In this document: positions 1 through 12,636 of the stretch, piece by piece
Position numbering within the stretch: the stretch's first letter is position 1
Layout of the letters: every line of letters begins with the position of its first letter
Virus record (IMG/VR): IMGVR_UViG_3300045988_082835
Direction: 5' to 3' (one strand)
Source: a virus
Length of the DNA: 64,000 nt
The notes under the pieces: model-generated
Database searches by the model: none
Told to the model about the DNA's origin: nothing
What the model saw: only the letters and a program-made list of their open reading frames with translations
Translations under genes and position numbers: made by a program

Positions 1-369
1 AGCATCCTCGGTTATTTCTTCTAAATAGATAATCCAATAAGTCCCAGTTCTTTTCCACTCAAAGACATCTCCCGGTTCATATTTTGCCATATGATCTATT
101 GAAATTATCTTATCATCATAATCTTGTTTTACTTTATCGGGATTAATAAGCGCTCTATATATAGGATAAATACCCATTTCATTATCAATAGCATCTAAAG
201 ATGCATCTAATACCTAAGATGATTTTTGTACCATCTAAACTGAACAACTTTGATAAGAATACTATAACGCTTTTTGAAGAGTGCGCCATTTATCCTTTAT
301 CATTCTATCTTCTTGCCGAACGCCGCCTTGCCACTCGAGTCTTTTCCTCATTAATTCAAGATTCGTCAT
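1..369 (-). CDS. hypothetical late/structural protein, 5' part (MTNLELMRKRLEWQGG...); continues beyond window start; in-frame TAG read as Gln
   Basis: minus-strand ORF from ATG (revcomp cat 367-369); continuous only if TAG is sense. Confidence 0.35.
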
Positions 370-667
370 CTTTTATTACCTATGCCAATAAATCTATACA
401 TCTAAAGACTGTTTTTCGATAAATCATAAAATCTTCTTTACATACACTTGAAGTTAAACCTTCTAATTTAGATAATAAGATAAGACCTTCGACTTTATCT
501 TTATATATCCTAACCAAACCACTAATTTCCTCTATCATAGTATTTAAATGATTTATCCAGTCTTCATCGTTTTCCTTCATTGGTATTAACTTCCATAACT
601 AATTGATTAGCCTCTTTAAGTCTTGCTCTCTAGTATCTAATGGAAAATCAATTTCATATTTATCCAT
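356..667 (-). CDS. hypothetical late protein (MDKYEIDFPLD...), TAG-recoded
   Basis: ATGGATAA start overlaps upstream stop; ORF-track 380..580 extends through TAG to TGA at 356. Confidence 0.4.
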
Positions 668-1196
668 CAAAAACACTCGTTTCTCTAAGAGTAGACCAAT
701 TCGACTTATAAGACCCTTCATTATCAATTAGTTTTCTTCTTTTATAAAGACGTTGCATATGGTGGCTTTGACGCTCAGCTTCCTTCTTTAGCTCTATCAA
801 TTTTGCTAAATGATTAGCCTAAGAAGTCATTTTAAAATCTGTACCAGAATATTTCATTCTCGTCTACTCTATTGATGCTACCTAACGCTATAACCAAGTA
901 TTATACATCAATAATGCAAGAATGTTTATTTCTTCAGTTGTTAAATGTGCGGAAAAGGCTGGAACAGCAACCGTCCCAGTCTCTTCACTAGCTATCTCAA
1001 CATTGGTAAAACTATATAATGGAAATCTAGGAAATTCAAACCCTGGGAGCGCATCCATTAAAATATTATACAAATCTTTCTCGGTATCTTCCTTAGTCCA
1101 TTCCATATACATATCATCAGTAATTTTACCAAAAAATCTATCGTACACTTCTTCAAAAAGGGTAGGATCGCCCTAAATTGGATACTTATTATCCAT
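660..1196 (-). CDS. hypothetical head-associated protein, TAG-recoded
   Basis: GGGAGG RBS then ATG at 1196; ORF-track 888..1148 is its in-frame core; 3 in-frame TAG. Confidence 0.45.
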
Positions 1197-1215
1197 GGCT
1201 ATAACCTCCCTTATC

Positions 1216-1773
1216 TTACTCGGATATAGTTACTCTACGCTTTGGAGTATCATCACTTGCAACCGATGCTCTTCTAACAGGCTTAACCTCATTTTTAGAA
1301 TTTTTTCCTTCGTCCGCGGTTAATTCCAACGCTTTAGTAACGTTAAAACCTAATTGTTTTTCTATCGCATCTCGCTTTGAAATATCATTCAAAGGAAGAG
1401 AAACCGCGTGAGCCTTAATCAAATCTTTTGTCCCATCAGGGGCAAAATCAAGAGCATCCTTGAATTCATCCAAAGAGCATGACTGCATCCACGAATCAAT
1501 ATCTTTCTCTTTTAACCAATATTCTGGTTCAACTTTCCCATTAATAAGATATTCAATAATTTCTTTATCATCAATTAATAGATAATTATAAATCAGCTTG
1601 CGGCCTCCGGGTGTTTGAACCAACTTTTCAAGCTCAGATACACTAATCTCTTTATGCTCACCTGGATAGAACATACGACGTACACCAAGCTCAGGCAGTT
1701 TATATACCGCGCGGCCCGCACTTTTATTATAAACAATACACTTATCTTTCATATTATATCTCCTTTTTCTCAA
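1216..1773 (-). CDS. hypothetical protein downstream of capsid gene
   Basis: ORF track 185 aa; likely true start ATG near 1749 after AGGAG. Confidence 0.5.
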   Translation of the reverse strand: MRKRRYNMKDKCIVYNKSAGRAVYKLPELGVRRMFYPGEHKEISVSELEKLVQTPGGRKLIYNYLLIDDKEIIEYLINGKVEPEYWLKEKDIDSWMQSCSLDEFKDALDFAPDGTKDLIKAHAVSLPLNDISKRDAIEKQLGFNVTKALELTADEGKNSKNEVKPVRRASVASDDTPKRRVTISE

Positions 1774-1813
1774 TAAATAAAGGGGATAGGGATATTTCCC
1801 TATCCCCTTTTAA

Positions 1814-2866
1814 TTAACCATTATTTGGATTTGGGTTAGTATTATCAAGCTCACCTTGAAGTTCAGTATCAACGTAAGAGAAAATGTTATTTGCCATCAT
1901 TACGCCAACTCCGACCTTGCGGTAAACCTGAATATCACGAGACCAGTCGTCGTTATCATCGCGCTCGCGCACGTGAGTAGTACCCTCAAAAGCAACTTTA
2001 ACAGGACGAGTATCTGCTCCACCGGGGATAACCCAAGCATAACCAGGGTCAATCATCTTTCTAGAGTTAGTCTCATCCTCAAGGGTTTGAGGTAGAATTA
2101 CCACTCTAGTTCCCTTGTAGTTAGCAAGGTATCCAGTTCCCCAATACTGATCTCTCATGTTATCAGAAATCCAAGCCTCGTTGTCTGGAATCATCTTTAC
2201 TGCAAACTCACGAGTACAGTAAATAGTGGGCTGACCATAAGCACTAGCAGTATTTACAAGATAATCCATAGTAGCTTCATCAAAACCAGCAACGGCACAA
2301 CGGTTTGCCGCGGGAAGCTGATTAATAGAACCCATAAGAGCTTGAGCAATCTCTCTATAAATAAGCTCTTGCATACCCTCAGTTACAATCTGAGTAAGTT
2401 CTGCGAAGTTTACTCTTCCGTCGAGGAACTCCTCGAATCCGATACGAGCAGCTCCGCCGATAGCACTTGTACCAACTTCGAAGCTCTCAGAACCGAGCTT
2501 AAAGGTCTCGTATACGCCAGCAAGTCCCACACGAGTGATGAATTGCTTAGCACGGGTAAGTCCAGTTCTACGAGTAAATACAGGTTTATCTCCCTGTCCG
2601 AAAGTTCTAATCTCGGCAAAATTGCCATAAGAATTGAGTAAACGATTAGGAACAACTTCATCCATAGTTTGCTCAATTAAAGAGAATAGAGTATGTTTAT
2701 TTTCTCTATAAAGTTCATCTGTGCCAACAAGCTCATTTAACTCATTGCGCAAAGTGGTGTTCAAAGCGTCGTAGCTAAAGGATTCTCCTTGATAGCTATA
2801 GGTACCAGAAGGATTTGCATTGGCGACAGTCTTCATTAAACTAAGTAAATTAGCTTTATCTAACAT
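1814..2866 (-). CDS. major capsid protein (HK97-fold-like)
   Basis: 350-aa ORF directly downstream of an acidic scaffold gene in a head module; composition and length typical of an MCP. Confidence 0.65.
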   Translation of the reverse strand: MLDKANLLSLMKTVANANPSGTYSYQGESFSYDALNTTLRNELNELVGTDELYRENKHTLFSLIEQTMDEVVPNRLLNSYGNFAEIRTFGQGDKPVFTRRTGLTRAKQFITRVGLAGVYETFKLGSESFEVGTSAIGGAARIGFEEFLDGRVNFAELTQIVTEGMQELIYREIAQALMGSINQLPAANRCAVAGFDEATMDYLVNTASAYGQPTIYCTREFAVKMIPDNEAWISDNMRDQYWGTGYLANYKGTRVVILPQTLEDETNSRKMIDPGYAWVIPGGADTRPVKVAFEGTTHVRERDDNDDWSRDIQVYRKVGVGVMMANNIFSYVDTELQGELDNTNPNPNNG

Positions 2867-2885
2867 TCTTCTTCACTCCTTCCAA

Positions 2886-3575
2886 TTAACCTACACGCTG
2901 TACTTTTACACCGGGTTGAAGATCGGGCATGGTGTATACTTTTACTACTGTAAAGATAGGATCTAAATCTCCACCCTTAGCAGAAGATTCAGTATCCTCG
3001 GTTAAATAACCATCAGTACCAATCTTTAAACGATCTCCAACAGCAAGTGAACCGGCATCAGCCTTAATAGTATTAGTTGTCCAAATATCACCAATACTAA
3101 TCTTAATTACACGTGGAACCATTTTAGTTCCTTCTGGCATCAAAGCTGGATAAGTAAATGTTTCCATATTCTTTTTATATGCTACGTTACTACCTTCACG
3201 TACAGCTTCACCAGTATAGTCATTAATGGTAGCGAGTGTAGAAACGGTCTGTCCGATTGGGCTATAAACACGAGCGTTATAGTTATCTTTAATCATAGCA
3301 AAATCGGCATCAGTCTCACGATCTCTATAAATTTTTACCTCATTGAATACCATCATCCAAGCACCAGAAGTAGCCTCTGTGCTAAAATCACATACACCCT
3401 TAGCATAGTCATACTTTACGAATTGACCATTCTCAAGAAGGGTGATTGTGCTAGCAGCAGGAAGCTGGGCATATACCTGACCATTTCTTGGAGCGGAAAG
3501 ATGGTTTGGTTCTACTTGACCATATCCATATTGGACAAAAGTAGCATTACCTAATCTTTTAGAACTCTTAGCCAT
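2886..3575 (-). CDS. hypothetical structural protein (possible head decoration/auxiliary capsid protein)
   Basis: 229-aa ORF between scaffold and MCP. Confidence 0.45.
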   Translation of the reverse strand: MAKSSKRLGNATFVQYGYGQVEPNHLSAPRNGQVYAQLPAASTITLLENGQFVKYDYAKGVCDFSTEATSGAWMMVFNEVKIYRDRETDADFAMIKDNYNARVYSPIGQTVSTLATINDYTGEAVREGSNVAYKKNMETFTYPALMPEGTKMVPRVIKISIGDIWTTNTIKADAGSLAVGDRLKIGTDGYLTEDTESSAKGGDLDPIFTVVKVYTMPDLQPGVKVQRVG

Positions 3576-3588
3576 TCTTTAATCCTCC

Positions 3589-4842
3589 TTAAATACTGCT
3601 CTTAGCAGTCTCACGAATTGCTTTTACCCAATCAGGAACATTATCTGTCTCTGGATGCTCCAAATTGAAAAGTCCTTTTGGGGTCTTATCATCCTCTTCA
3701 TGTTTATCCTCAAGGTTAAAGTTTACCTTATTTCTAACACAAAGAATAGATAACTTAGCTTCAATATCATCTAAAGAATAAGTGTCAATATGCTCCACGA
3801 CGTCTTTCTTATCATCATCGCTAAGCATATAGAAACTATCAATCATTTGTTGCTTATTTTGACGTTCAGCTTTGAGCTTAAACTCTTTCAATTCAGCAAC
3901 TTCGGTATCTAGAGTATTCTTCTCTTGCTCAAGAGCAGAATATTTACTCTCTAATTCATTAAATTTAGCAAGCAACTCTGTATATTCAGTTACATCTTCG
4001 AGATTATACTTGCCTTTCTTATCCTTATCCTCTTTTCCCTCTTTCTCAGGGGCAGGAGTTCCAGAAGAATTTTCTTTCTCCTTGTTTTTATCCTCTGGAT
4101 TAGGATTATTTTTCTCGAATTCGGTAAGTGCTTTATTCTCATTATCCATAGGTTCTTGAGAGCCTCCTTTATTAAAAGTTTCTTTTAATTGATCCATCAT
4201 AGAGTATACCATAGTTTTAAGTTTCTAAAACTCTTGATTACCCTCTAAAGAAAATTGAGAACTAAATTGAGCTCCCTCGAAACAAGGCTCAACATTTTCT
4301 CCGAGAACACATAATTTCTCAATCAATGCTTCATTGTAGATAAAGATTCTTTCATTTGTTTTTTCATCTTTTGTCCAAAATCCTGACTGATTTTTTTCAT
4401 TTAATTCCATAGAATGGTTGTTTCCATTTTCTAAAATTCTCTTAGATTCTGGATAAACACCAGTCCAAATATATACATCAGTAACTAGATATTCTCTTTC
4501 TACACCTTCATCATTGAACTTCTAAAACCATACATTAGCGTTATCTGGAACAAATCCATAAGGTCTTGTTACATCAACAATAGCAAACTTGCCGTCTTTA
4601 ATATCAATCGCTCTATTGTGACCTTCAAAATCCTTTGTCTCTTGATTAAAATAGCCAACAATAGGACTTCCCGGCAATTTACGCCCCATCTCTACAGCTA
4701 CTTCCTTAGTAATCACTGTATGATTGCGGTTTGGCTGTTGACCGACATAACAAACTTTACAAACGCCTTTGCTAACTAGAGGAGAAATCTAAGTGTTCTA
4801 AATATATTCCATTGTGTTTAAAATAGGAACACTAATATGCAA
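3589..4842 (-). CDS. scaffolding protein: N-terminal domain (possible prohead protease) fused in frame to a C-terminal acidic coiled-coil scaffold domain via sense TAG codons
   Basis: ORF-track pieces 4522..4716, 4225..4410 and 3589..4212 are one frame joined by TAG; TTG start after AAAGGAGGG; C-terminal 200 aa highly acidic with heptads. Confidence 0.55.
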
Positions 4843-4856
4843 GTTCAATCCCTCCT

Positions 4857-6485
4857 TTATGACGAACTTTCTTGATTAGCTATTGTCTTATCAGACTTTT
4901 CGCCATCTTCCTTCTTTGGCCTTCCGGCTCCATTATTGTTAGTTGAACTTGTCTATTTATTCTAAGAATTAGTATTAGATGACTAATTATTATTACCCAA
5001 ATCTTTTCCGCTTCTGGTATTAGAACTCATAGGAGGAATCATAATCTCCGCCAAGTTCAATACTTCATTCTCAAACGTTAATGTAGCTAAAATGCTTGAT
5101 TGAGAATGCCCTAAAGCGATTTGTGGCAACATCTTAGAATATCCTAACTGAGCGTGTTCTTTATACAACTTTGATAATTCTTTATAATTAAACTATGTTG
5201 TTTCTAACATCTCAGCTCTAAATTCATAATGATTCTTGCGATTGAATTTTTCTACCACTCTATTTAGTAATTCTGTAAACATGAGAGGTATATCTCTAAC
5301 GCTAGATTCATCAGTCAATATAGAATTTGTTACAGCAATATTTCCATCGGCATTAAACAAATTATGAGTTACACCTGAATTGTTGTAAACTGTACGTTCA
5401 ACCTTTTCCAAATCGTCGGTTGTTGTATTGGAGTTATTGTCTTTTGTATCAATTTTTTCAATATCCGCAAAAGTTGTCAATACATCTACTCCAATAGCTC
5501 TTTTAAGCATTGCAACTGCGTTATTATGAATATCTCTGGCTTCATCAACGTCAAAAATTAAATCACCATTCTTATCAAGAGGCAACTTCTAAATGATGAT
5601 TTTCAATAGTTGCTACATTGTTTTTTGACGATCCAATTCTTGCGCCTAATCCAAATCAATAATAGAAGGAATAACTCCCGCAAGAAAGGGAAATTCATTA
5701 TCGTTTAAGCTAAACTTAACTGAAACACTAGGATCTAGAGGATACCAAACAGTTGTACTCCCCGGGTAATCTCCCTTTAATTTCCCCTACTTATAAAGAA
5801 TATAAGCCTTCTATATATCTTGAGGAAAAATCTTTAATATCTGAACCTTATACTGTGGGTTTGGGAAATAAACATCAAAAAACTCAAGATTTAATTCAAC
5901 AATAGGATTAGGGCCTTGGAAATATCTATTGCGACAATATGAAGCAGGTAGCTTCTAAATGGCAAACCTATCTCCGAAGTCAACAATTATACCATAATAC
6001 GCCCCTTCTTTGATGATATCTAATGATATATTACCAAACATTCTCTTTATATTAGATTTATCAAGATAAAGCAATACTTTAGAAAAGTCTTTTAATAACT
6101 TCTCCTTATCTTTCTGCGCGCTTACGGTATATGGGGTTATATACCAATCAAATCTGTATAAGAAAGCTAGGTATTTACATAATCTGTAATATATACCGCT
6201 ACTTTCATAGAAATAATTAGAGATTTCTCTTAGAGTTCTATAATCATGCTTATAAATAGCATTTAATACGAACTTCTTATCTCCATAATTTCTATTTATT
6301 TTCTTATATGTACCTAGATTAATAAGCGCATCATCTACCGAGCGAAGCCCCACCCGCATCTTAGCATAATCAATGCTCTTATAATCTAAGTCATCTTCTT
6401 CCTCTTGCTGCTAATAGCGAGTAACGTCTTGATTTAATAAATCAAAACCTTTGGCTCTAATACTTTCTTGTCTACTCTTTAACAA
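4857..6485 (-). CDS. portal protein (about 543 aa), TAG-recoded (about 15 in-frame TAG)
   Basis: single continuous frame across ORF-track fragments 5955..6359, 5193..5585 and 4983..5168 when TAG=Gln; sits between terminase and scaffold; start after GGGAGGTG. Confidence 0.55.
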
Positions 6486-6503
6486 AATATCACCTCCCGG
6501 ATT

Positions 6504-6865
6504 CAGTATCCAGCCTTGCTCATTAAGTAATCATAAGAGATGATATTTTCCTCGGTATAGGGAACTTCTATAAGCGTAATTCCTTTTAAGGCACAAAATC
6601 TACGCTTTTGATTATCATTATATTTCTATTGATATAACCCTCTATTTCCACCAAATTTACTTACAGCCTAATAGTGCTATTTTCCTTGATATTCAATTAA
6701 AAAATCAAGATTTCCATCATCATCAAAAACAGCAAAATCAAAACGAAGTGGTCTACCGCTTGGCGCTTTTAACCCAGGAAATTCATACTCTTCTTTAAAG
6801 TTTATGCCATTTTGCTCTAGTATTTCATGAATTTTAATTTCTCCACGACTAGCTTTCATACTCAC
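6504..6865 (-). pseudogene. Vsr/DUF559-like PD-(D/E)XK homing-endonuclease gene, frameshifted into two pieces (6677..6865 and 6504..6665)
   Basis: motifs RFDFAVFDDDGNLDFLIEYQGKQ and RRFCALKGITLIEVPYTEENI match the C-terminus of the 35509..36456 ORF but lie in two frames; GTG start overlaps terminase stop (GTGA). Confidence 0.5.
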
Positions 6866-8607
6866 ACCTCGCTCATAAACATAAAGTCTGAAAATCTTCT
6901 ACTTTTACGCTTGCGTTTACTATCTTCTTCCTATTTAATATAATACAGCCCATATTCAAGCGCAGAGAATTTATCTTTAGGCACGGATTTATTTGCTTGT
7001 TTCAAAATAATATTCACGCCTTCATTTTCTTCTCGCAAATTCAGCATTTCTTCTCTTAATATAGAAGTTAAAGTGAACGGTTTTAAATATTCTGCCCGTT
7101 CTTCTGGTTTCATAGCCTAACCTTTTTTAGTACCAAGCAATTTATTTCTTGCAACTTTTTCATCAATCAAAAATCTAAGTTTTCCCGCTCTTAATTGTGT
7201 CTAAACATTACTATGCGCCTCGGTATTAATAGGAGCGTTAGCCTTAATTTCATAGATGGCATCATATTCTGTGTTTTCTGTCCTAAACCGCTTATACTCA
7301 CCATCTTCATCATTAGCTACACCAAAGTCAGGAAAAACTTCATTGGTATCAGGTACTATCTAAGGTTTAACCATATAATCCATCAATCCGGCGCCAAGGC
7401 CATTACCGTCGATTACAATAATCTTAGCCTTATAATTATAATATAATCTCTTTAACTTAATTGCCTAATCTTCAAAATGTTCATCGTCCATAGTATATAT
7501 ATTTACCAAAGACTTTATAGCAGGTCCTTGTGACTAAGGAGTTACCTTAAAGACACAAACAACAGATTGACATTTCTTTCTACCTACATCAACAGAAAGA
7601 ACATAATAAGCCTGTGCAGAAGATCTTCCAGACGATTCATATTCAGGCTAAAGGAGTTTTCTACTTCTATCAAAAGCATCTCCATTAAAGAAAGCATCTT
7701 CAACAGTTCCACTCCACTTAGATTCATACTCTCTATCGAATGAAGCTTCATTAAAAGTACCGTCCTATTTTAGTTCCTATACGAAATTGCGGGATTGCAA
7801 TCCTACTAACACAGGAATTCTCCATGTTCCGCCCATAACAATACTCTTTTCTGGTTCTAATATCATGCGCACAAGGAGAGTAATAAGTTTATTGTAGGGG
7901 AACGTATTCTTCCATCCCGCAGTAGTAACATAAATCTAGGATTTATTAAGTGTTTCTTCTTCATGAACAGAGCCATCTAAACATCTTCTATCAACGTTCA
8001 TCAAAGGAATTAAAACTTCGTTTAGAATATCTCCATCTACGCCGACACACTCCTCAATAAGTCCTCCATGTCTACGTTTACCACGAGAGGATTCTCTAGC
8101 TGCTACGTTATCAAAGTAGGAACCGTTTTTGAAGATATATTTACAATAATCTTTTCCTTCCTGCGTCTTGCCTCGTCTCCAATCAATTTCTCTTTGGAGT
8201 GCAGGGATTGCATTACATATTTCCTAGACTTTTTCTTTAGCAATTCCCGCAGCTTGTTCTTTTCCCCCAGAAGTAATGAATAACTTACATCCAGGATATA
8301 AAATACATCTACACATAAGCACCATTACAGAAAGAAATGATTTAGAATAAGCACGGGGGAATACCATGTATACATACTTATATCGCATGGCGGCCCGCAA
8401 GAAAACTCTCTAGTAAAAATAAAAGTTAATTTCTTTTTTCCTAGTTTCATCTCCACCAGTCTACAAGAAATCAATAAACATATCTGGATACTCTCTCCAA
8501 AATGCTACATACTATCTTGCAACTGGAATTATAGCTCGAACTCTTTCTTCTGAGAGTCCAATTTTTTTATTATTGTTCGAGAGGTTTAATAAATCTTTTA
8601 GCGCCAT
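6862..8607 (-). CDS. terL: terminase large subunit (about 581 aa), TAG-recoded (about 14 in-frame TAG)
   Basis: continuous 1746-nt frame with TAG=Gln; N-terminal ATPase region and C-terminal RNaseH-like nuclease region (IVIDGNGLGAGLMDYM); AGGAGG RBS before ATG 8607. Confidence 0.85.
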
Positions 8608-8609
8608 TA

Positions 8610-9782
8610 TTAAACCTCCTTTAGTATGCTATTTAACATTTCTTCATCTTTATCTCTTTCAGATTCTTTCATATCCTCATACTCTTGATAATCTTCTTCT
8701 GTCAGTTCTGGATGTTCATAATTAAATAAATCTTCATCCTCATCACTATCTTCAACATCAATATTGGCTTCGCGCTCTTTATCTTTCACGATTTCTCTCA
8801 AAGAAGCTTCAATCATATTACCAAGATTCATTTCTTCTGTAACTAGAGTATGCGTATATTGCTACAAATCCTAAAGAGTTCTATCTACTTTATCCTATGG
8901 CCCATCAGTATAATATCTAGGAATAAACCCTTCTTTCTCGCATAATGCTACTAACTCACCAATAGAATCAACAAATTCGCCGGATTCTCCTTTATTCTAG
9001 GCGGCAGTGAACTTTCCACTTTTCATTAAGCTATCATAGGCCTTCTACATTTTCTAAAAGCCATCAATATCTCCAGCATCAATTAACTAATTTGCTTTTA
9101 AACTAGTCTTGCATACCATAATAAGAGTATCTTTATGTCCAGCTCCCTAAATATCATATGAACTCATCATATCTTTATAGAGCTACTCCATTCTTACTCT
9201 TTCTTCCCAAGAATAGCCTCGACCCCATTTAAGACGAAGCATTAATTTATCTTCTTCTGTTAGCTAATCACTAAAGTCGTCTTCTTCCTCTTCTGGATCT
9301 TGATATTCTGGAGTTCCAACTGGAGCCTAAACATCTTCCAATTCTTTCGGTTTTGGTGGAGTTCTATCAATAGCTAATTGCTCTTGAATTTCATCCTCTG
9401 TAAATCCTTGAGCTTTCATATTAAGAACTTTTTTCTCGGTTGAATCCTTCTCTAGTGCCTCTGTATCTGCCCAAGTATACTTATTCCATTGTTTTAATTT
9501 CATTTTGGATAAATAGCGTCCAATAATGGTTAATCCAGTAACCTTCTTTGGATCTTTTCCATACCTCTCCAATAAGCCATTCCACTCTTCTTTGATATAT
9601 GGAACATCAATTTCCTATAAAATCCATTTATAAGTTTCTGGATCCCAATTATCTACGTGCATAGTAAGACACTTTTTACAAATATCCATCTTTCCATCTG
9701 GAGGATATTTTTCTATATTCTTTGATGTATAAAACTATGTATCATCCATAGTTTTACCACACTTTTTACAATAATGACTCAC
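8610..9782 (-). CDS. packaging-associated protein with N-terminal CxxC Zn-ribbon and acidic C-terminus (candidate small terminase), TAG-recoded
   Basis: frame joins ORF-track 9327..9572 and 8610..8831; directly upstream of terL; GTG start after AAGAGG. Confidence 0.4.
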
Positions 9783-9787
9783 TATAA

Positions 9788-10873
9788 TCAACCTCTTTTC
9801 TTGTTACGACACTTCTTACAAATACTATATAAATTATCTTTACTTGTCTTATTTTTTGAAAAGAATTGATTATGAGCTGGCTTTAATTGCCCACACTTAG
9901 AACATTTTTTCATTGGATAATTTCTGTTTTTATACTACCAATATAAAAAATCCTCTAGGGCGGCTTCGGCTATCAATTTAGGAATTTTATTTCTCCATAA
10001 ACTGGAGATATATTCCACGCTATATGTTTTTCCGAACTCTTCATTTAATATTTCCTATATCTCATTATTCTGCTTTTTATCAATCTTTAACTCAACAATT
10101 CGTAAATAGATTGGAAAATCCTCAAGAGCTTTATCGCATATCTCTTCAAACGCTTGAATTAGATACCACGTATCCCCATCGAACTAATCATAACTATCTT
10201 CTTTTAATTTTGAATAATTGCATAAAATAGCAGAAACTACATTTGGATCCATTAAGGAAATACCTTTAACGACTACTTCCTATCCATTAAGATAACTTTC
10301 ATCATCAAGAGGTATATGTGTTCTTGTATTTCTTGTTAGCTTACAAGGAACTATAGGCTTTTGATATGCCTATTTAATAATATACTAATCTTTTCGCATT
10401 TCTATCAATGCTTTTTTCATCATATAAGCTTGTTTCGTTCCCGCGGCGCGTTTCAAGGCACCTTCCCAAGCATTAATGGTTTCTCTCAACTATTTTAAAC
10501 ATGGTATAGAATCTAAATCTTTTTGTGTAATAGAAATCTTTGGCTAAAATATAACATTTTTATTGTCTGACATTAAACCATAAATGCCATCCTCGCCATT
10601 TTCCATCTATGAAGCGAGTCCCTCAAAAGAACATTCTCGTTTATTGACAGTGGCCATTCGGTTATCAGTCAATATGTTCTTCTCTTTCTTCTCTTGTTTC
10701 TCCATACATAGAACTAAATAATCTGCTAATACTTCTAAATAACCTGGAGTTAAATCAGGATTTTCTGCGATTATTTTTTCGACAAGCGCCTTGCGCTCTT
10801 CGGGAGATTCAATCGTATAGTCTAATTTTATCATATACTGGTTCATCTCCTTTTTATACTCATATAATAACAA
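9788..10873 (-). CDS. hypothetical late protein with C-terminal Zn-ribbon, TAG-recoded
   Basis: extends ORF-track 10607..10873 through several TAG to TGA at 9788. Confidence 0.4.
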
Positions 10874-10961
10874 AAAAAAACTAGATTGTCAAATCTTTAC
10901 TTGATTTAATATTTTTAAAATGCTATAATTTAAATATAATAAATAGGGAGGTTTTAATAAA

Positions 10962-11300
10962 ATGTTTTTCGATACGCTCTATTCTGAATTACCAAAACGA
11001 GCATAGTATTACTTTAACATTTTAATTATAAGCATAGCAGTATAGCCAGAAGTTCTAACAGACATACTTGGACATAAAAACACTGTTGACTTATGGGATG
11101 TTCAAAATATCAATAATGCAAGACCAACGGCTTTGCATATTTATGCTTCATATAATTTAGATAGAGATTCTGATTATGAAATATGTTGTATCCCACATTA
11201 GGTTTTAGAAATAACGCCTAATAACAAAATATCATTCTATGATATGATTGATTATGATACTGATGATCCATGGGGGCTAGAACCAGATGCAATAGATTAA
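10962..11300 (+). CDS. hypothetical protein, contains in-frame TAG
   Basis: AGGGAGG RBS then ATG 10962; stop TAA 11298. Confidence 0.4.
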
Positions 11301-11925
11301 CATAAAAGAATATTTTAAACAATAGAAAGATGAATTGCGGCAGTCCGATGTCAAGCCATCATTGACCATAATTGATGCAACTAACGGGGATGCCGGAAAT
11401 TAGATTTATATATAGAAAAAAGTAGACGACTTTGATGAATTAGGATGGCCAGTAAGCGTGATTAAAGTTCCAGAACACTGGACTCCCGCAGATTTAAATA
11501 ATTACATAAATAGTATAGATACTGATTGTATTATAGCACAAATGCCACTAAGAGATTCATTGAGTTCTTTTTCTATTGATGTAATTCCTACGATAAAAGA
11601 CTGCGACGGTTTAACTTCTTCTACTCTTGTTTTACCGGCAACGGTAAGAGGAATAGTAGACTATCTTGATGACTGTGGTTTTAAGTATGAAGGTAAAAGT
11701 GCTTTAATATTAGGTAGAAGTAATATAGTTGGTAAGCCAATGGCGAAAGAGTTGTTGGCGAGAAATATGACTGTATCTATCTGTCACAGTAAAACAAATG
11801 TAAATGCGAAGCTTTATTTAGCAAGAATAGCAGATTTAGTAGTATCCGCAGTTGGAGATTTTACTTTGACAAGAGAGGCTTGCCCTCACGCTATTGTTGT
11901 TGATGTTGGTATTCGTAGAAATTAG
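11287..11925 (+). CDS. folD: bifunctional 5,10-methylene-tetrahydrofolate dehydrogenase/cyclohydrolase FolD (5 in-frame TAG in N-terminal half)
   Basis: GRSNIVGKPMA...ICHSKT and PVPGGVG motifs; the FolD N-terminus is recovered only with TAG=Gln. Confidence 0.7.
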
Positions 11926-12077
11926 GCGAATTTTATTCAAGGCGATTTTGTTGAACTTGAAGATATTGCAAAGAGAAATGAAGTGTGGTCAACTCCTGTG
12001 CCCGGAGGGGTGGGATTATTGACTAGATTGGGGTTGATGAAAAATTGCTTATAGTTAGCGAAACAGGCGCGAAGATA

Positions 12078-12437
12078 ATGAAATTCTCAGAAGATTTTGA
12101 TAATTATGCTAGAGAGGTTCTTCATATTGAAAATCCTTTTCGAGAATTTTATCGTACACAGGATTCAACATTTAAGACTAATATTGATGGCAGCATAACA
12201 GTAGATATGGAGAAATCCAGAGAAATATACAGAGAAACAAAAATAAATAGAGAAGAATGGGTAAAGCTGAGGAATAGATATATCGCAGAAAGAATATTGC
12301 GAGAACTCGGGTATGAAGTCCTATTAGCTTCGTCTTATTTTGAGGATTACCCTGATGCAATTCCCTGTGATGGAGCTACAGGACAGTGTTTACTAGATTG
12401 TAGAATAAAGGGGTGTAAATATGAACCCATGCATTGA
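12078..12437 (+). CDS. hypothetical protein
   Basis: ORF track 12045..12437; likely ATG at 12078. Confidence 0.4.
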   Translation: MKFSEDFDNYAREVLHIENPFREFYRTQDSTFKTNIDGSITVDMEKSREIYRETKINREEWVKLRNRYIAERILRELGYEVLLASSYFEDYPDAIPCDGATGQCLLDCRIKGCKYEPMH

Positions 12438-12636
12438 TTATTGTTATCTTAGATTGCATCAATAGTATGATCCAATTAGATGCGATGATTCATGCGAATA
12501 TGCAAAAGTAATAAAAGAAAACAAAGAGTTAAAGTAGAAGATCGAGGAATTAAAAACTCAACACACTTTATTTGAAAAATAAAATAAGACAATTATTTAA
12601 TTTTGCCCAACGGCATTTTTATAAAAGGAGGCCGCG